This document shows positions 12,701 through 24,253 of a stretch of 64,000 nucleotides of DNA, piece by piece. The stretch is from Lama guanicoe (Eukaryota), in assembly GCA_013239625.1 (NCBI GenBank), contig MU054391.1, forward strand, positions 992,001-1,056,000, in the 5' to 3' direction. A program made the translations under genes and the position numbers. How positions within the stretch are numbered: position 1 is the first letter of the stretch; every line of letters begins with the position of its first letter. The notes under the pieces are model-generated. The model was not told where the DNA came from. It made no database searches and saw nothing but the letters and a program-made list of their open reading frames with translations.

Positions 12701-14439
12701 CGTGCCCCGCTCTGCACGGATTTCTCCCATCGCCTGAGATGCCCTCCCGCCCAGCCCCCGCCTGCCCAGCAGCACACTCCCTCCCTCCCTCCCTCCGGGG
12801 CGGGGTGCGGCCAGAGCAGGGCCTCCATGCTAATAGCAGGGCGATTGCAGGCGGCCCCTCCTGTTGCTGAGCACCTCCCGGGAAGCCGAGTGCCCTGCGG
12901 CGGCCAGGCCATTCACTCCTCCAAGGCAGGAAAGGCCATTCTGTTCCCACTCGCTCAAGGCGCTACGCCACTCGCTGAGACGCGCAGCTAGGCGTCCAGA
13001 CCAGCTCGTCCTGACTCAGGGCCTCGTCCTGCGTCTCCAGGTCGCCCTCCCGCTTCTCAGACCCTCTAACCCGTCAGCCCTGAGCCCTAGGGCTTGCGGG
13101 CTGGCTGGCTTTGGCCCAAGAGCAGAAACAGCCTTCTGCAGACGGTACTGGCGACTCTTCCAAGACAATGTAATCATCATTGAAAGGAGGAGGCCATTTG
13201 AGAGCATTCAAGATCAATAAAATATAGATACACTTTTAAAGGGAGTGGAGCAGGTATCAAGTGCCTGGTGATTTCTAATAAACGGGAAAAATAAAACCAA
13301 GAAGCCATTAGAAGACACTTAGGAGAATTTCAGGCCTTGGAGGGTGTGACCGAAAGTGCCGGCAACTCCGGCTTCTGCCTGGGTCGCACACGCCGCTGTG
13401 AGCCGTCGGTCAGCGTTCTGGCGGCTCTGATGGCCCTGGAGGGTCCCGGCTCGGGCAGGGCAGACGAGGCCGTCTCTGCACCCGAGTCGCAGGCACAGCC
13501 AGCTGACGCGCGCACGCCGCACACGCCTCTCACGTAAAATTGCCCTTGCTCTGATTTGGTTTTAATCAAGATTTTTCTTTCTAAAAACCTCAACGAATCG
13601 GAAGACGTTTACACGATTTCAGGTTTGTCAAAACAGACTATTGGATTTTAAAACGCTGGGGAAAATGACTGAGTTACTCGGTCCACTATCCTTCACACCT
13701 TTGTTACACCCCGTGGAGCCAGCATCCAGGCCCCAGCGCAGAACTTACACAAACGCTCAGAACTTAGGGCCTTACAGGATCGTTAAGTAGCGTGGGTCCC
13801 TCCCAACCTTTCTTTTTAAGTCTACCTAAGACTATGGAACATCTGTTTACTGCGGATGAGAAAACGACAGCATATTTCAGAAGTGACCTTCCCGTTTGTA
13901 AGCGGAGGGTAACAGACGGGGTGACCTCTGAGAGCCTCAGGACCCCACAACTGGGCTTCAGCTACTAGCATGTCAGGGAACTGGCTCTACCTTACACGAA
14001 TATTCCAGTTACTGAGTGATTATTTCAGTCTTCAAACACACAAAGTCGTAGTTATCTCTGCATCGATATTAGCACTTTCAAACAGAAGAAAAGCGATACG
14101 TTTCTGTGGAAATAGTAACAATGGAACTGAAACCTCAATAGACAGGCTAACCCGGCAGCTCGGTTCCAGCCGTGGAGCTGCGCACACTGGAGGCGAAGCC
14201 CTCGGGTCCGACGTGCGCGGCTCCTGGCAACGCGGGCTCTTGCTGGAGCGTCTCCCTGTCCCCTTCGAGAGCTTCCCCGAACACGATCACTGCAGTGTTA
14301 CTTTTCGTCAGTCACACTTCCTGTCTCCTTTTCTGATGCACTGTGGCTCATTTCTGGAGAAAGGAAGATACGTGTCCAATGACCTGAAACTAGAGGCCAC
14401 CGTGCGCTGTGATGAGCTCCTCGCTGCACGGCAGGCGCG

Positions 14440-14580
14440 CCCTAACGCTGACTGTGCAGAAGCAAACACGAGGCACAGAGATGCCACGCAGCCGGCCAAG
14501 GTCAGGAACTCGTGAATACAGCAGAGCTGGACTTGAACCCCGGCAAGCTAAGTCCCCAACGCACGCTCTCAGCACCACTC
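14440..14580 (-). mobile_element. MIR SINE
   Basis: 'gcagaagcaaacacgaggcacagagatg...ggccaaggtca...gcagagctggacttgaaccccggcaagcta...gctctcagcaccac' matches the antisense MIR core and tRNA-like head. Confidence 0.75.
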
Positions 14581-17008
14581 TAGGTCCTCAGTGCAGGCAG
14601 AGCTCACTCTCCTTAAACAAAATCTCCGCACACCCAGACAGAGCACAGGCCCGGGAAGAGCTGGATGAGGGACTTTCGCTGCCTGGACCACCTGCTGCCC
14701 TGCAGTCCAGCGCGCCAGGACACGGCCACACGGGCGCCTGCGCACGCCGCACCCGGTCAGCTTAAGCTGGGACGCACGATAAATGTAGAATACACACCGG
14801 ATTTCATGACGGCACAAAGGACGGACACAGAATATCTCGTCAATGAATGTGTGCTGGTTGCCCACTGACATGACGTTATAGGTCAGAGGTAGCACTAAAA
14901 TGAATTCCACCTGTTTAGTTTGAGTCCATTTACTGTTGGCAAGACAGGTCACGTCACACACACAGTTTCGTGGCTCACCTTATACTCCTGTTGGACAGGG
15001 CCGATCCGGAGTCTCCCGTATCGGCTTAATTTTATGGTCTGCTACCTTTTGGATTTTTATCAGAACAGAGCCAAGGATAAATGCTCAGAGCGAACACACT
15101 CTTGCTGGAGGTCAGCACAACACGTCCAGGCTCAGGAACGGTAGGGTTACGTTCTTCTTAAAACTCACGGCTTCTTAACTCAAAGTCGGTTAATAACAAA
15201 AGGCATTTCCTCCAAGGTAATGACACTTTTAAAAACTGTGTTTTGATATAAACCACGGGCTCCCTCCTCTGCTCTCCTGCAGGCTTTGTGGCCTCGACAG
15301 GAGAGGCAGGTGGAGGCTCCTCCCCGACGGGCGGCCGCTTGTCGGGGCAGACAGACGCCACTGGAGACAGAGTGGACCGAACAGTGTAAAGGACGACTGT
15401 TTGTCCCGTAACTCTGAGAAACCCTGAGACCCGTGCCATCGCCTGTGGACGAGGACTTGCTCCATCTCGTGCTGGCAGGTGGGCGGGGGCTTTTCTGCAC
15501 AGGAGCCTAAGACTTTGCTTCTTTGTGTCCTTCCGTTTGTTTATTCCTGCCATTCTCAGCCCCCAGCACCTCCCCCCGCACTTCAGGTGGTCCGGCAGAC
15601 GTACAGTGGTTCATGCTCTAAGTTTTTAAAAAATGCACTATTATATCATTATTTTTTTCAGGCCAGACTAGTTTCATTTAGCGAGTTAACTTCCACGTAC
15701 ACCTTAGGGAAAAGCTGGGCTGTGAGAAGTAAATACAAGGTACCTTCAAGTATGCGAACAGATAGCAACACGCTGCAGCGGCAGTACTAGACCATCCCAG
15801 CAGCCAGCGAGCTGCCGTGTGAGCCTCAGCAGCCATCTCCCTGCGCGGCTTGTGGGGGCTCCCGGGCCCTCGCTCACGCTCTGCCGTGGAAACGTAACTT
15901 GTCGGCACTGCCCACAGAATACAAGCCGGCCAAGCGACAGACCGAAAAGCTTCTCTGAGAGGGGCGAGCCCAGGACGGGTATTTTTCAAGCATTTGATAT
16001 CTGAGAAATGATGCGACTTTCTTAGCATCACGTAAGGAGACAAAAAAATGAGATTTCGACGGAGATCCAATTAATCGCCTATAGAGTCAGCAACTCCCAA
16101 GCCCCAGGCTCACCTGCGTCACGGCACAAACACAGCCTCCCTCTCAGCCCAGCGCCAGGAGGGTCCCGGGGGTGGATCCCTGGAGGTGGAGGAAAGAAGA
16201 GGCAGAGTGTGCAGTGGAAGGAAATTTGCTCCCTGGGGCAACCTGCTCCCCAAGTCAGGCTCAGGGTCCCCGCTGGGAGCCAAGGTTCATGTTCTGACTC
16301 TGGCTTGGCAGCCCACCAGCACAACCGCCCACAGGAGGGGTGTGATGTCAGCCACACCGCCACGAGCCACGGCGCGCAGGCCGAGAGGCGGCGGAGAGCA
16401 GGTCAAGAGGCCTCGGGTCAGGGCTCGGCCCCTCCGCTTGGCGTGCAATCCGTTTCTTGCGCTCATTTTCTTCCAGAGTAAAACAAGACCTCCAATGCTG
16501 GCCTCCAGACCACGCCGTCCACCCCCACGTGCCCCCCGTCACGTCCGGCCCCTGGCTGAGGACAGCCCGGAGTGTGCCCCCGGGCCGCTGGGGCAGAGCC
16601 GGGAGGGGGTCCAGGGCCCAGGTATCCAGTTCACCTGCTTTCTTTTCTTTACAGGTAAACTTTTTAACCGAAGTTTGGAGGACGCTGGCCTCAGTGACCT
16701 CTGAGTTCTTCCCTGCTCAAGGGCAGCCATGGTGCCGGCTTTACCGCACCTGAGGTGAGGCAAGACCAAGTGGACTTAACCCAGCCTGTGCGAGCCAAGA
16801 CCTTGCATGTAAGGAAGCACGGCACTGGTGTACGCAGGAGGATGACGAGGAAGAAGGGTCCCTGCAGCCCAGTCACGTACAAACGTGCACAGCGGCCGGG
16901 AGGCCGAGGAGCCGAGGCAGGCCCACAGGCCCCTGGCTGTCCGTGCGTCCGTCCGCACAAGCGGCTGTGTCTCCCCCGCACGTCCCCTGAGGGACAGGGT
17001 TCGGGAAG

Positions 17009-17181
17009 CAGCGCAGTTCTCAGCCCCCGTGCGCCTGAGGATCACCTGGGGAGCTTTCAAAACACACTGACAGGCACCTGCAGAGACTGGGGCTTAATTG
17101 GTGTGAGCCGAAGCCTGGGCCTCAGTGTTTCAAACAGCTCCCCGGGGGACCCTACTGCGTGGCCGGGACTGAGAACCACTG
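17009..17181. mobile_element. MER5A1-like hAT-Charlie MITE, full length
   Basis: Terminal inverted repeats 'cagcgcagttctca' and 'tgagaaccactg'. The interior 'gatcacctggggagctttcaaaac...gcttaattggtgtgag...gcctgggcctcagtgtttcaaacagctccccggg' matches MER5A1. Confidence 0.85.
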
Positions 17182-17214
17182 GCTCAAAGGGAAGGCTTCA
17201 AGTCCAGTGGAAGG

Positions 17215-17380
17215 ATCCCAGGTCTGAATCGGAATTCTGCCACTTCCTAGCAGCGTGAGCTTTGCACGACTCCACTGGCTCTTCTATCAGAACGAGAAAA
17301 AGATGAAACACCACCACCCCCCACTCACCTGCGTGGCTGCTGTGAACATCAATTTGGACACGCAAGGCAAAGGCCTGGTA
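17215..17380 (+). mobile_element. MIR SINE fragment
   Basis: 'ggtctgaatcggaattctgccacttcctagcagcgtgagcttt...gtggctgctgtgaacatcaatt' resembles MIR. Confidence 0.55.
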
Positions 17381-20300
17381 AAACCCAGCTCTGTGTCATT
17401 TCTGCTTTTGCTCAAGGGAGACCCGGAGAACTAAACGTCGAGGCCGAGGGCGAGGCACAGAAGGGAGAAGGGAGGATGACCGAAAATCAGAAAAAAAGGG
17501 TCACATTCTTGGGTTTCAGCCACAAAGCTGTGGGATGGCTTTTCTGTCTCCCAACTCTGCAACCATGATTGCAATTTGGGCTTACATCCCGTGACGACCT
17601 GAATGAATGTGTCCCGGCCCTGGACGCTGAGGGTTGAAAGCCCACGGAGTTACACGTCGGACCTGAAGCGGGAAGAGCCCTGAGTCTGCGGTTTAGCAGC
17701 TTTAATCCAGTGAGTGCTCCCCCCCGCAACGAGGTGCCGCAGGAGGCTGGGGCCCGAGAGTCAGGGCGCCGAGCCAGGAGGAAGACCTGTGTCCTCTCCT
17801 CAACCAGCTCACCTCGCAGATGGGAAGGCGACACCCCGGGTGACACAGCGGCGAACGCAGCAGGCGTGAAGCCACCCCATTCTGCTAAGCCAGGTGGACC
17901 ACGGCCTGTGAGGCGCCACGCCCTGGCCCGTGCGCGGTGACCGCAGTGCATCTGCTGCTGCAGGTGCAGCAGGTGCCGGGAGCCTGCGGTGTGGGACGGA
18001 CCCGAACGTCATTCTCACGTGATGTTTCTAAGCAGTCTTCCAGCATTCACTGGGGTCTCTTCAAATGTGAAAAAGCACAGTTGTGGGGGAGCCAGGGGAA
18101 GTGCGGGGGACGGTGGGCCCTGCGCCCTGGGCGGGGGGTCCCAGTGCGTCCTCATGGCCAGTGCGGCCGGGCCAGGGCTGCGGGCGCTCTGCACCCCGTC
18201 GTCACGGCAGGGGGGAGGAGACCCCATCCAAAGCGGCGGAGGGGCCGCTGCCCCAGAAGCAGGGACAGGCCAAGGGCGCCTGGGGCGCAGAGGGCCGCCT
18301 CGGTGGCCCCAGCGGGGGGAAGGGCACCCGGTCCTTCCCAAGCGGACTTCGCTCCCCGGCCACCTGGGTCTGTGGCTGTCCCCAGGTGGGGTCTGCAGCC
18401 TCCGCGCTCTGGGACGGGGACGCAGTCCTGTCCCCAACACCTCATGCAACAGTGAGTCTGAGGTTAGAGGAAAACTGACTTAGTGTACAGGAGCCTCCGG
18501 TCTGGCTCACAGGGTCCTCCTGGGGCGAATCCCCTGGTTAAGTCTGTCTGCTGTTTCTAACTTTCCTGTACGTGCCTGGACCGTGTCTTGCCCTCACCGT
18601 GTGACACGACATCTGGGAAAAGACACAGGAAACCCCAGAGGTGGCCAGGTCCGCGGGGTGGGCGCGCAGCCCAGGGCCCCGAGCAGACAGGTGGACACAG
18701 CAGCTGGGGGCCCAGGCTCCTGCCACACCCAGCCCTGTGCTCAAGTCACAGGAGGAGTGAAGTTTATCTTCGTAATCTGAAAAACCGCGAAGCGGCTCTG
18801 CGCTCCCACATCACGGGAAAGCCAGCTGTCACCGGGCCGGGCGGGCTGAGCAGCACCCGACAGACTCCTCCCGGGCTGGCCCTTCCTACTCTAACCGTGG
18901 GTCTGTGAGCAAAACAACAGAGAAGAAACGGGGACCGAGGAGGAGGGGGCGAAGGGGTGAAGGTCAGCGAGAGACGCAGAATCTGGCGTCGTCCTTCCCC
19001 AGAAACACGCGCCACAGAGGAACATTTTTCTCTGTCTTGCGTGTTCCTATGCCGTTGGCAAGCCCTGCTCACAGGACAATTCTTAACTCCCAGGAGGCAA
19101 GGTCGAGGACGTGGAGGTGATGGTCACGGCCAGGCAGCGGTCCCAGTGCTGGCGGGGGAGCCCGCAATCCCAGCCCAGCACCTCTGTGACGCGGAGCCCC
19201 CATCACACAGGAGAGCAGGGCCTGGCCCTAGAGGCCCAGGGGCTGAGAGGGAGAACGGGGCTGGGGACCAGCGAGGAGGGGGAGAAACGCGCCATCTAGT
19301 GTGCGGGCTGCCGGCGAGAGCGCCAAGGCAGGGGAAGTCAGACGTTTCAGGGCACTGGCCCCAGAGCGCAGGAGTTAGAGACAGGGAGACTTCATTTCCC
19401 CCAAAACTGACGGCTGCCTGTGAGGCTGTTGTCATGCTGTCGGAGACGCGGGCTCACAGAAGGCACGGAGAGGCGGGAGTGGGCCCCGACCATCACGCCT
19501 GCCAGACACAGACGACAGCGTCCGCAGCCGGCGGAGGCGTGCTGATGGGGCCTGGATGCGGAGAGGGAAGGCCGTCAGCACCGGGTCCCCTTGGGGGCAC
19601 CAGGTGGGCGGAGGCAGCGGCTGTGCGAGGGAGACACACTCACGTCCGACCAGCTGCTCCATCTTTCAGCGTGAGATACTAAATTAGGACGAAACAGGCC
19701 CCTGGTGAAGCCAGACCCGGGCGACAAGTGCGCTGGGTCACAGACCACGCTGACGGCCACCGGGCCGGGGAGGCAGCCTGCGCGCGGGGCCCTCGGGTCT
19801 GGGCAGGCGCCGGCACGCGAGCCCGGGTCCCCGCTGAGTGTTTGAGAATGGCCTCGCTTTAGGAAGAATTTGGGAAGAGAGTCGGCGAGGCCCCAGGTCG
19901 CACGACTCCTGCCTTGAGCTCAGCGAGCCGTCGTCCGGAAGCGGCGTTCGTCCCCGGACGACGGGGCTGCACAGGCGGGCAGGGCCCGCCGCCGGGGCTG
20001 CACGCAGACGGACGGCGCGTTGCCATTCCACGTACAAACGGAGGAAGGCCTGCTTTGGAGTGGAATGAGCTGTGTTTTACAAATGGGACCAAAATCGTTT
20101 TAAATGCGCTCCACTTCGTCCCTTCGTAACAGCGGGAGTGAGGGGAGCTAAGGCCCACGTAATGTGAATAAACATGGAATCCGTCACTACTCAGGCGTGA
20201 GCTGGGGCTGGGCACTCTCGCCTTTTCCTGGACAGGAAATGCTCTGTCAGGCACTGGCTGACAGCAGGAGCCTGCGCACCGCCCCCTGCTGGCGTCAGGC

Positions 20301-22838
20301 CAGGCCCCTCGTCTGCACAGCCCAGGCCTGTGTCACTCCTGCCCTGCGCACCTGCACTTCTCCTGCCCGCTCGGCCCCGGCTTCACGCAGCTGACTGAGC
20401 CCCGGGAACGGAAGCAGCCCTTGTCCGTGAACTGGGCCAGTACGTGCAGTTAAAAACGGCGTGCTCTCCTGGCAGGCAGTGACCTCCCCGTCACGGCGGT
20501 GTTCAAGCAGAGACGGGATCAGCTGCTGGAGATGCCCCAGGGAGGCCGCAAGGACAACTCCTGAACCAGGAGGCATGCTGGCCTCCAGGAGACGCACATG
20601 CACCCTTCTCTCCGAGACTCTACACAGAAGTGCTGAGGGCTTTGGGGCAGACGTGTGAGCTCAGAAAAGCGGAACTGTAGCCTGGGCAGCGGCCAGGGGC
20701 TTGGTCTGAATCCTGAGCATGAGTCAACGAGGAGCGAGAGGAAGGACGTTCTAGGCGGAGGGAACTGCGCCACGCTGCACGGGAGGCCAGGATGACGGCG
20801 GTGCCCCAACGCCAAGGGTCCCGACGAGTGTCCTCTGTTGTGTGTCATCCATTTGGTGAATCAGACGCAGCAAGACCCCATCCGGCCAGGACACGGCGCT
20901 TCCCCAGAGCATCGCAGCTCCACATGACGGGGGGCGTCCCCTCAAGGTCAGTTTGTTTCAAAAGGGCGGCAACCCCAACGCGTAGCGTCAAGAGCAGAGT
21001 CACATTTTAAAAAAGCCACCCGGGTAAGTATTGAAAATACGGAAAACCTTATTTTGTTTTCCCAAGAAGTGCCTATAACCAAGGCAGAATCAGTTAAAAG
21101 GAACCATGAGTGGTTAGGAAACTGACACAAATGCCACCTGGAATGCATGTACATTTCCCGTCACCGCCCCTTGAGACAAGCCGCTTAGGAAGCAGGAGGA
21201 GGGGGCGTGGGAGGTCCCTATAAGTACAGTGAATTTAGGAGCATTTTTGGAGAAATACAGCAAACTCCTCGTCAGAGAACACGCGTCTTTAGTTCTTAAA
21301 GATTAAAAAAAAAAGGCAACGGGAAACATGTCTTTTAAAACAAACAGAAGCACACGAGCGGTTCAGAAGAGCCCAGATCCCCACCAAGGACGCCTGCCCT
21401 GCGTTCTGAGCTGGGGTTATTCCCACTCAGGTGAGAGTTTTTCAGGGAAAGGGTGCGATTCAGGACAAATATTTCCATCTTGAAGGTTTTATACTTTGTT
21501 TAAGAAACTAAAATAAATTTAAGCTTTGTGATTAACAATTGAGAAGATTTTCTGAGCATGGAAGGTACATGATTTCTTTTTTCTTGTTGATACTTCAGCA
21601 GTGACAGGTTTCCTTTTTCGAGAAATGCTGTCTCACTAATGTCATCAACTCCAGGAGAAAAGGAAGGGAAAGAGGGAGAGAGGAGGCAGCTGGCAGGCTC
21701 CGTCAATGTCAAGACAAGGAGATTAGTGGGGACAGAAGTGGGGGGCAGATGCCCTCGGCGGTCTCCTATGCCCCGGGGCCGCTCCGTGTCCCTCCGTGAT
21801 GGAAGGGAGCCTCCGCCTGAAGAAAGCCGGGGTGGACTGGCGCCGGGATCACGCTCCAGCTCTGCATGGGAGGTCGTCGAGAGGCTGGAGCGCTGTCACG
21901 CCCAGCTCAGTGTGCTCAGGGCTTCCGCCTCACCCGAGCCTCCTCAGACCAAACCATCAGTCCAGATGCAAAGGATGCCAGCCCCCCTTGCTCTGGGGCA
22001 CGGCACCAGCATCAGGGGAGCCAAGGTCCCCTCCTCAGGTTTGCTCCCACCAATCTGGAGGCCCCTCCAGAGATGCCTGGAATCACCTGCAGTGTGGACT
22101 TTCAGAGCCGGCCAGGGGCCTTGCAAGATACCAGCTTCCCACGAGCTGCGCTAGGCACAGGGCAAGATCCGCGCCCCAGCACGGTAGTTCTGCGCGTTTC
22201 CCCACTTCTCTGCTTCCGAGCAGCATCTCAGCCACGTAGCAAAAGCCCCCATGTCCTAGAAGTGCCTTCCGAGTCATTTGCCCACTGGGCTCAAGTCAGA
22301 AGCACCTTGAAGTGCTTTTTCGAACGGCCCTGACAAGAGGGTAACACAACGGGGGCTTCTTGTTTGCGACAAAAGTTAAACTGGACGGGGCACCTGGACA
22401 GTGGCTGTAAGTAGGACAGCCCCCAGCACGCCAGAGCACGAGTGCCCGTGGCGAGACAAACTCCCCAACAAATGCAGGCTTTCCGGCCTGCGGGTCGTGG
22501 ATTCCTACGAGCCCCCCCCAGAGACAGGGTTAAAATGCATCACATGGCAGCCTCTCAGCCCACCCCTCCCACCACGCAGCAGCCGCACTGCGCAGTGTGC
22601 TCCCAGCGAGGGTGTCAGGGATTTCTCAGGGAAGAACAAATGTACCCTTTTATGCAGAGTGAAATTCTGTCCTCCTCCTCCTCCCTGTCACCATCTGAGC
22701 ACTTTCCGTGAGGGAGGAAGGGCAGAGAATACAGTGAGCGCCTTTAGGAGCCGTCCTAGGTGAGAAAGGAGCCCTGCATGTTAGCGAAGTGAAGCTATTC
22801 CGAGAAAGCGTTGCTAAGGCCAACGTCAGGAAATCCTC

Positions 22839-23280
22839 CTTACATTTAAGTCTTCGCTCCGTTTTGACCTGATTTTGTGCATGGTGTAAGGGTCCGATTT
22901 CATCTCTTTTTTTTTTTTCATCCAGTTTTCACAGCACCATTTACTGAAGAGACTGTCCCTTTTGTGTTGTGCATTCTTGTCACCTTGTCAGAAATCAGTG
23001 ATCAGCTGGCGCACGGGCGTCCCTTGGGCTCTTTGTTCTGCTCCGCTGGCTCTGTGCCAGGACCGTGCTGTTTACACGGCTGTAGCTTTGCAGCATAGTT
23101 TTGCATCAGGAAGTGTGATGTTCTTTCTCGAGATTGCTTTGGCCAGCAGGGGTATTTTTTTGGCTCCACATGAATTTTAGGATTGTTTTCCTATTTCTGC
23201 ACAAAAATGCTATTGGAATTTTGAAAGGGATGGCACTGAATCTGCAGATCGATGGTATGGCGGGGACATCTTAACAACAT
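22839..23280 (-). mobile_element. Inverted 5' segment of an L1 (ORF2 region)
   Basis: Antisense L1 ORF2: 'cttacatttaagtctt...tccagttttcacagcaccatttactgaagagactgtcc...ctccacatgaattttaggattg...gctattggaattttgaaagggatggcactgaatctgcagatc...gacatcttaacaa'. Confidence 0.9.
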
Positions 23281-24253
23281 GAAGCAGCAAAAGCAAGACC
23301 GACAAGAGGGGCTGCACCAAACCAGAGCGTGTGGGCAGAGGGGCCCCGGGTGGGGGGTGGCCGCCCACAGAACCGGGCAGGAGGGCTGCAGACCACGTGC
23401 CCGAGAAGGGGTCAGCACCCTCAACATGTAAGGGGCTGCCGCTACAACAAACTACCACAACAAGCAAAGAACTCAATTTAAAAATGAGCAAGTGACTGGA
23501 ATGGCCAGTTCTCCAAAGAAGACACACAGAGGGCCAGCAGGTGCATGAAAAGATGCTCGACATCACCACAGTGTGATGCCACCTCACACCTGTCAAAATG
23601 ACTGCCACCAAAAGAAACCAAAATAACAAGTGTCGGTAAGAATGCGGAGAAAGGGGAGCCCTGGTGCACTGCTGGTGGGAGTGTGAAGCGGGGCAGCCAC
23701 TGTGGGAGGCAGTACAGAGGTTCCTCAAAAAACTAAAGATAGAGCCACCTGTGACCCAGCGATTCCACTCCTGAACATTCATGCAGCAGAACTGAAATCG
23801 CGATCTCAAAGAGCTACCTGCGCGCCCATGCTCACGGCAGCTCTACTCAGAACGGCCAGGGCACGGAGACAGCGCAGATGCTCACAAAGGGGTGAATGGA
23901 TGACGACAACGCGCTGTCCACATACAGTGAAGTATTATCCAGTCTTAAAAAGGAGGAACTCTCCGTCTGTGACAACGTGGATGAGCCTGGAAGACGTTAC
24001 GCCAAGTGAAATGCACCAGACAGATGCCGAAAAACACTGTGTGATTCTGCTGACGTGAAAAGTCTGAAACAGTCAAGCCCTTGGGAACAGGGAGGGGGCT
24101 GGGGACAGGAGGAGGGGCCGTTCACGAATCGGTGACACCGGTGAGGGGAGTCCAGGGCTCTGCTGGACAACGCTGTTCCATGGTAACCACGCCATACTTA
24201 CACATTTAAGACAATAAACTTATGTTCAGTACTTTTACTGTAATTTAAAAAAA
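23281..24253 (+). mobile_element. L1 (L1MA/MB-like) ORF2 C-terminus, 3'UTR and A-tail
   Basis: ORF 23702-24058 'DPAIPLLNIH...CAPMLTAAL...EW...TVKYY...TTWMSLEDV..SE' is a decayed L1 ORF2 C-terminus. The segment ends in 'tttaaaaaaa'. Confidence 0.9.

Noticed and set aside
23210-24058. ORFs of 199 aa (minus) and 118 aa (plus)
   Set aside because: Antisense and sense translations of the decayed L1 ORF2, not host genes.
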